From Octopus sinensis (lineage: Eukaryota), in the NCBI RefSeq assembly GCF_006345805.1, contig NC_042999.1:30504001-30568000 (forward strand): DNA of 64,000 nucleotides. Reading direction: 5' to 3'. The notes under the pieces are model-generated. The model did not search any database, was not told where the DNA came from, and saw only the letters and a list, made by a program, of their open reading frames with translations. Both the position numbers and the translations under genes were made by a program. This document shows positions 56,314 to 64,000 of this stretch, piece by piece; the stretch's first letter is position 1, and each line of letters begins with the position of its first letter.

Positions 56314-58158
56314 ATATGTGTTTGTGTGTGTGTCTGAGTATGTGTGTGTGTAAGTGTATCTATGTATATGTTATTTGCTGCACTGTAGAAATATGGCAGT
56401 TCTTTGACAACATGGTGCAGTGTTTCCTGGTGGAGGTGGCAACTCTGACATTTAACACACTTTGAAGACAGTGAGGAGACAAAGGGAAAAAATATGTAAA
56501 TGGACATGTGGGGAGAGAAAGAAAGAGATAACAATAATATGAAACGAATAGGAGACGTTAACAGAAGACCCCGCTGAGAATACATTACTGATGATTCTTT
56601 CCTTGCATATATAGGATTAGCTCTAAGTATACGTTCAAACAGACGGGTCATAGAAACTAGAGAAAGATGGGTCTTGCAGTTTTATAACGCATACATACAG
56701 ATTTCTTTCACGCAACGTGCAGTCTATGTACATAAATGTAGACGCCTGCAAAGGAATATACGCATACTCCAAACTATATTTACATATATACTAGTATAAC
56801 AAATGTGTAGAATATTTCGATACGTGATTAATAACCCAAGAGATTAACTCTGACAACGGGAGGAAGATGTTGCGGGTTTATAGAAGCTTGGCTGTCTTTA
56901 GTTAGGGCTGAAAGCGATCAATCATTGAGAAATATTGTATCTCTCAGGGTAAGCACGTCATGTGGCGGTAAGTAAAAATAAAGCTTATAATAATAAAATT
57001 ACGTTTGATAAGGCAACAACAACAGGAAGAATAAAGACGCCATTGACATTAGCAGTAATAATTTACCGATTCAGTTTTCTTTCTTTTCCTCTCATTTTAC
57101 GGCTTTGAAGTATCAATAAATAATCAATGAACTCAAATGTATGTGATTGAGGTTTCCCAAACAAAATTACTAAACAGGCTACATTGACAATGCAGTTACT
57201 GCATATGTGAATCTATTCTGTGATGCATTAATGACAAAAGGGAACGATTTAGTTTAAGCATGTAGAAAGAAAACGGATTAAATCTACTTTGCACTTCCGC
57301 AAGCATTCCTCACAGATATTGTCTCTATAAAGTAACATTGCTTTCAAAATCAATCACAAATGCTGCACTCCGCATTACACATATTTTCTATTATTTGTTT
57401 ATACATTATGTCGAAAAGAACACAGTCCCTGTAATAAGCGTATAAGATGATTGTCTATCGACAAACTCGCAATGGAATAAATCTCAGAAGTTCCATTGTA
57501 ATAACGGTTATAAAGGAATCTCGGCCGGCTCGCTTTGGTAAGAAAATGAGACAATCAATTAAGTATTTCATCGTTTGTGAGCAATGAATGAAAGAAGGAA
57601 ATTTCGATAACCGACATAAAACAGGGACGTTACAACAAATCGATATATCCCAAATTGTTTTTGTATTTCCTAATTATTACGAAACTAAGATAGAGATGAT
57701 TAACGCGTACTTTTTTACCACTTCAGTAAGATTTTTAAATACACACTTGTCAACTGCATATCCTACGATTACTTGTTTCCTAATTTCCCTACAATTGAAA
57801 CGTGTGTGTATATGTCTGAGTGCGCTTTCGTGTATGTCTTTGCTTTGCATATGTTTCAGCCATTGAACCATGGCTATGTTGAGACACCGGCTTCATAAAT
57901 TTAGACGAACAGACCGGACTGAGAACTTATATTTAATGTCTGGTACACTATTCTAAGTACCACTAAGTGAGGACGACGTAAGCCGCCCAACCACATTTGT
58001 TAAGGTGTGGTGGGTGATAAACAGAACAAAACACACACGTACACTAGCGCGCATACCGCAACACACAAAATCTCACGCGCGCGAAGTGGTTACTTGCTTT
58101 TCTTATATCTACAATAATGAAATACATACGTGTATGAATGTATACATACATACACATA

Positions 58159-58238
<80 letters not shown>

Positions 58239-58355
58239 ATAATCAAAAAGAGTGCAAAGGCTACAGAAGTTATGTGTTATATGGTTGGAGGATGCCCGAA
58301 ATCCTAGAAGACACATAAAATCACAAACAGAACGGATTTTATATTATATTATATA

Positions 58356-58386
<31 letters not shown>

Positions 58387-58814
58387 CGTGTGTGTGCGTG
58401 TGTGTATGTATGTGTGTGTGTGTGTGTATGTATATATATGTATGCACATGGATCTGTACATTCATACATAATTACAACCCCCACACACTCACATGTTTAT
58501 TAATTCACATTTTCACCAAAAGTTTCTTTGCGTTGTCTGCACTGCTTTTAGCGCTCGGGTGCAGGAAGATGGTACATTCGTGGTCTCGTAGCGGAGATTT
58601 CACCTGCTCTAGTTTTTTTCTTATTTTACATTAAAAAACTGAAGCATGAAGCACTTCTGTGGTGGCAATACGGCTGCTACTATTAATTGTTGGTGCTGCA
58701 GCAGCTGCTGCTATTGCTACCACCACCACTTTGTGCAGTGTTGTGGCACAAGGCCACTCTGCTGGCAGTGTGCACCAGTGTGAAGGGGTTGCATGGGATG
58801 GAGCACACGCGGTC

Positions 58815-59870
58815 TTTGATAATATTTGGGGATATTTGTTGCTTAATAGATTGTTATTGAGCGTGTTCATTTCTTTGTAGTGTGTATCACGATCGCTACT
58901 TATATTATTTGTGCAATATTTTAGGTACTTAGCAATCCCTCTCTTTACATTGTACGGATGGTGGGAATTGAAGTTTAGGTATCGTCCAGTGAAGATCGGT
59001 TTGCAGTATATGGATGTCTTGAATCCATACTTAGTGCATGTTTTTAATACGTCCAGCAATGCTAGCTGATTGTCTTTTTTCCTTTTCGACTGTGAACTGT
59101 ATGTGTGACTTTATTAAGTTGGCATGATCCAACAGCACTTGAAGATCTTCCTATTGGGGCCAGAGTATCATGGTGTCATCAGCATTTCGCACGCAGCCAC
59201 AGGGTTGGTTTTAGTGGTGTTGATCCTAAAGCCAAATTCTCAAACTATTCTATGTATATATTGGATATTATCGGGAATAATGGCGAACCAATAGCTAAAG
59301 GCTCTTCCCGTCGATATATATCAGTTTCCATATTGAAGTGAGTAGTTTCTACACAGAAGGTCAACATTTCCATCAAATTTCGTGTTGGTATACTAATGCG
59401 TTCTTTTAGATGGGTGTCTATCAATAGCTTATTTCTTGAATCCCCGATAGGGCTTCATAGTTGGTATTTAGTGAACAGATTTATCACATCTAAACTCACC
59501 ATATGGTTGCATTCAATAAAGGGTATCCTTGATCAATTCTGTGAAGTGGGTGTAAATCTTCACTTACGCTGTTGAGTTTCTTGCTAATGGACTGATTTTA
59601 TCCACAAGGAAGCGGCTCAGTGGATGACATGCCGAACCGCTACAGCTCACTATAGGTCTTAATGGAATACCATTCCTTGTGAATCTTAGGGAGATCGTAC
59701 ACGTGCGGTGGTTTACCGAGGTTTTCAGTCAGTTGTCTGTACTTCATTTGTGTAAAGTGATCCTTGTTCTTGATCAAGATCTGTGACAACTTCCTCTCTG
59801 TTTTCAGAGTTGGGGCTTTCTTTACTTTGCTGTAGCTACCATTAATTATAAGACTTGCCAATTTTTTCAG
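58815..59870 (-). mobile_element. Penelope-like element reverse transcriptase relic
   Basis: PHVYDLPKIHK, MVSLDVINLFT, AIGSPLFPIISNIYIE, disrupted DDT motif, QFTVEKEKDNQLALLDVL and SIYCKPIFTGRYLNFNSHHP..NKYP; no GIY-YIG domain seen. Confidence 0.9.
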
Positions 59871-59876
59871 AGTATA

Positions 59877-59941
<65 letters not shown>

Positions 59942-59943
<2 letters not shown>

Positions 59944-60270
59944 GAAATTTGGAAGAAAAAGGTGTATTTGCTGAAGAAGGTTATTACAATACCCACCACG
60001 TTCCTCAGAAATCTGGATTCATTTTATGGAAGTACTTAAATGTTACTGTTTGCCGTACAACACTGACAGCAGCTGACGAATTGAGGCCACACATTGAAAG
60101 AGAATGTACAAAAAGGTGAACAAAATTTTCTGCATGATTTCAAATCTATTGATCGCCTAACCAGCAGTGTTCGGAACAAAACGAGGTAGAGTTGAAAATC
60201 TGCGTACAGAATCGCATGTGTGTGGATGTGCTGATCATGTGACTGGTAGCACATCATGTGGTTCTTGTAC
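59942..60270 (+). mobile_element. Mariner/Tc1-superfamily transposase C-terminal relic
   Basis: FILWKYLNVTVCRTTLTAADELRPHIERECT resembles the DFFLWGYLK..ELR..I C-terminal motif; frameshifted. Confidence 0.55.
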
Positions 60271-60432
60271 GTAAAAAGCTATAACTTGATTAATACCACT
60301 TGTGAATGTGGAAATGAATGCATTGTTATGAGATGACTGAGATTATATATATGTACGTATTCCTATGTACATACATACGTATATATATATATGTGTGTGT
60401 GTTTCTGTATGTGAGTGTGTGTATATGTCTTT

Positions 60433-60505
<73 letters not shown>

Positions 60506-60885
60506 ATACAGAAACACATACATATATGCAAAATGTGAATATGTAACAATGGTATTCATATATCAATACATTAAGGCCGTTTCGTGCAGCTGCATTTAAT
60601 CGATCATTGAAAACATTACACCAGTTTCAAAGAAACCGATTTACTCAGTTGTTGACGACTATAGAGCTTTCCATCACAAAGTATAAAATATTAAAATAAA
60701 ATCATTTCATTACTAGACACCACTTGGTCATGCACACTTCAGGAGAGCGGTTTCTTTTTAATTGATGTAATCTTTTTATTGATCGAGTAAATGGAACCGC
60801 TTGAAACGGGCGTAATGTATTGATACCTGGACATCACTGTTAATTATTTACATTCTCTTAACTTAGATCTTTGCGGACTACACCG

Positions 60886-60971
60886 ATCTGGGTTAATGCC
60901 TCAATTTAAGTACCAACTTCAACTAAATCTAAATTATATATAATATATATATATATAAATAATATTATATA

Positions 60972-61011
<40 letters not shown>

Positions 61012-61083
61012 TATATATATATATATTATATATAATTTAGATTTAGTTGAAGTTGCTACTTAAATTGAGGCACTAACCCAGAT
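60886..61083. repeat. 55-bp inverted repeat enclosing an AT microsatellite
   Basis: 60886-60940 and 61029-61083 are reverse complements with 2 mismatches. Confidence 0.9.
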
Positions 61084-62268
61084 ATATGTATATGTGTGTG
61101 TGTATATACATATACATATATATATGTATATATGTATATATATGTATATATATATATGTGTGTGTGTGTGTGCATACATACATACACACACATACTCACA
61201 CATGACATGTATTTGCATACCCACGTATTTTTCGTGCATACATGTCGTATGAGTTAGTGGCCGTGTTATATAGATTTATAATATAATCATATGAATTGTG
61301 AACTGTATAGTGTTGCACATGATATGAAACACTATTCAAATTTTCACTCAGTAAAAGATTGCCACAGAAAAATGAAACATGCGCACGTACACAAGCTTTG
61401 ACTAATATACATTCATACAGCCTAAATGTATACACCATAATGTATACACAATCAATGCATAAAATAAGTTCACACACACATGTAAAATATACTTACTCAG
61501 CAGGAGTTATTAATAATGCAGTGTCAAAATATGATTTGATATGTCTATTGATAGATAGATAATTTATATATTTTTTTTTTCTTTCTCACTCTCTCACACT
61601 TATTCTGCTTTCCACTTCTTTTGGTTTTCTTTTGCAAACTGAAGCTGAACTGGTGCCAGGACTGAGAGAGAACAATGAATAATAGTAGGTAACATCTCAC
61701 AGATCAGAAATATTCACCGAAAGAAGAGAGAAAAAAATCGCTTCTTTTCAGGAAGACACAGTGAGTAGTGTTTATCTTGTACTTTTTCCAAAGAAACTTC
61801 TCACATAGAAAACGTCTATTAATCCCTGGTGTCTTACAATACATATGTTTCGATCATGTCAAATAACAAGTACATTAGCCAATATTTGCATTGTTGAAGA
61901 ATGGACGGAAATTTATGGATGATGGTCCTTCTATGGCTCGATGCCATTCAACAAGACGTTTCAGATAATATAGCTTCTTATTCAAAAGTTCTTTTATACA
62001 ATCTATATTATATGTCTTTATAATATTTTCTTCTTTTTTTTTTGTATACTATATTATTCCTTTCTTTTCTTTTTCTATTGGATGTTTAATTACTAAATAA
62101 TTACATTCTGAAAGAAAGAATTTTCTTTCATTTAATTCTTTGTCATTCCTATACATATATAAATATATATATATATATACATATACATACATACATATAT
62201 ATATTATATTTAATATATATATATGTATATATGTATGTATATACCGATATAGATATACATGTATGTAT

Positions 62269-62337
<69 letters not shown>

Positions 62338-63227
62338 TATATATATATATGTATGTATGTTTGTATGTATAAGTGTATGTTTTCTTTACTCTTTCCTCTT
62401 GTGTCTATTTATATCTAGATGAAGGTTTCTCTGAAGTGAAATATTGAAATATGAATAAAGTAGACAGAAGTGTATTGAGTATTAATTTTATGATTCAGGT
62501 TTATCAGTAAAATAGTACAGAGCTTCAACTGAAGAAATCAATTCGTAACATTTTCTTGATTCTACTGTATTATAATTATGTATGTATGTATATATATATA
62601 TATAGAGAGAGAAGAGAGAAAGAGAGATACACACATGTATATACATATATATATATATATGTATAGAATTGTAAATACATATATATAAAAGTGTGTGTAT
62701 ATGCGTTTGTGTGTGAGCATGTGTAGAACTCTCTGTTTGTGTGGGTGCGTGTGTGTATACATATATAAACACACACATTTACACATTTATATATTCATAT
62801 CTTGTATGCAACGTGCATCAATTTCCATTTGCATTTTTCGCTTAGATTTGATTGGAAATATATGGTTCTTATATTTATTTTCAGTGAAATGTATGAGTAA
62901 ATATCTTATACATAAGATGTGGGATTTATAGTAGAATCCAACATATTAACTTCAGAGAATACAGCAAATTGCAAAATGTTCGGCCGAAGAGAGAGGAGTT
63001 TTGTATCTGAGATACAAGATAAATATTGGTTCAAACATTTCATTCCATTATTCTCTATCTTGGAACATATATTCTAATCTTATAAAGCATCAGCTGCGTT
63101 TAAACATCAATCACACTTAGACAACAGTCGCACTGACGTCACCAAACTTGTTTAAAACCCATGAAACTTACAATCAACTTCCCTTAAGGTCAACACGTAA
63201 AAAAAAGACACAAACAAGCAGCAGTTA

Positions 63228-63396
63228 AGTAGTGGTAGTGGTTAGTAGTAGTAGAAGTAGTATTAGTAGTATTAGTAGTAGTAGTAGTAGTAGTAATGGT
63301 GGTGGTAGTGGTAGTAGTGGTGGTGGTGGTGGTGGTGGTGGTGGTGGTGGTGGTGGTGGTGGTGGTGGTGGTGGTGGTGGTTGCGGTGGCGGCGGC

Positions 63397-63452
<56 letters not shown>

Positions 63453-63485
63453 TGGTGGTGGCGGCGGCGGTGGTGGTGGCGGTGG

Positions 63486-63547
<62 letters not shown>

Positions 63548-63566
63548 TGGAGGAGGAGGAGGAGGG
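63228..63566 (+). repeat. Compound (TAG)n/(GGT)n/(GGC)n triplet tract
   Basis: Direct reading. Confidence 0.95.
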
Positions 63567-64000
63567 GACGTTCGCTGTAGCACCTGCAACATTAAGAAAA
63601 CATAATCCAGCTAAAACTACTGATTCGCGACCACTCTATGAATAAATGTCGTGGTACAATGCCAAGGTGTCCGATTCATGCGGCGGTTTTGGCTTTACGT
63701 TCAAAGCTATAATGCGAGAAATGCTCTGGGCACTTTGAAAAAAAAAAAGAAATAACAAATATTACCTCGTCTGCTTGAAGAAATCTGCGAGGCGGTTACA
63801 AATTCTCGAATTCAAGTAATTTTCGTTGACAGTGGTTTCAGGCACATCGTCTTGCTACAATGACGTGTGATCGGATGAAAGACTAACTCGCATAACAACT
63901 GTTCATTCGGCATGAATTTAATAACATATTAATCGCGGTAATTTAAACTAGAGATTTATAATAGATACACACATACACGCACACACACCACACACATTTT

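Noticed and set aside
63296-63385. (GGT)n as a G-quadruplex element
   Set aside because: Only two-tier potential and typical of the microsatellite background.

Overview
AT-rich eukaryotic DNA, densely packed with microsatellites and retroelement relics. I can support no intact protein-coding gene, and most listed ORFs are translations of simple repeats. The SINE families and repeat landscape suggest an octopus or other coleoid cephalopod (inference from recognition, not a search). Mobile content: seven decayed fragments (about 9 kb) of R4/Dong-type non-LTR retrotransposons, several bounded by (TAA)n; a Penelope-like RT relic; Tc1 (D34E) and mariner-like transposase fragments; three tRNA-derived SINE families, including a head-to-tail array; and several fold-back elements. 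The most notable signal is RNA-structural. One Penelope-type minimal hammerhead ribozyme has an intact catalytic core (32963-33047, minus strand). A repeated composite element joins a tRNA-derived Pol III head to a hammerhead-bearing tail with a 65-bp inverted duplication (8689-9082, with fragments at 27.7 and 50.9 kb).
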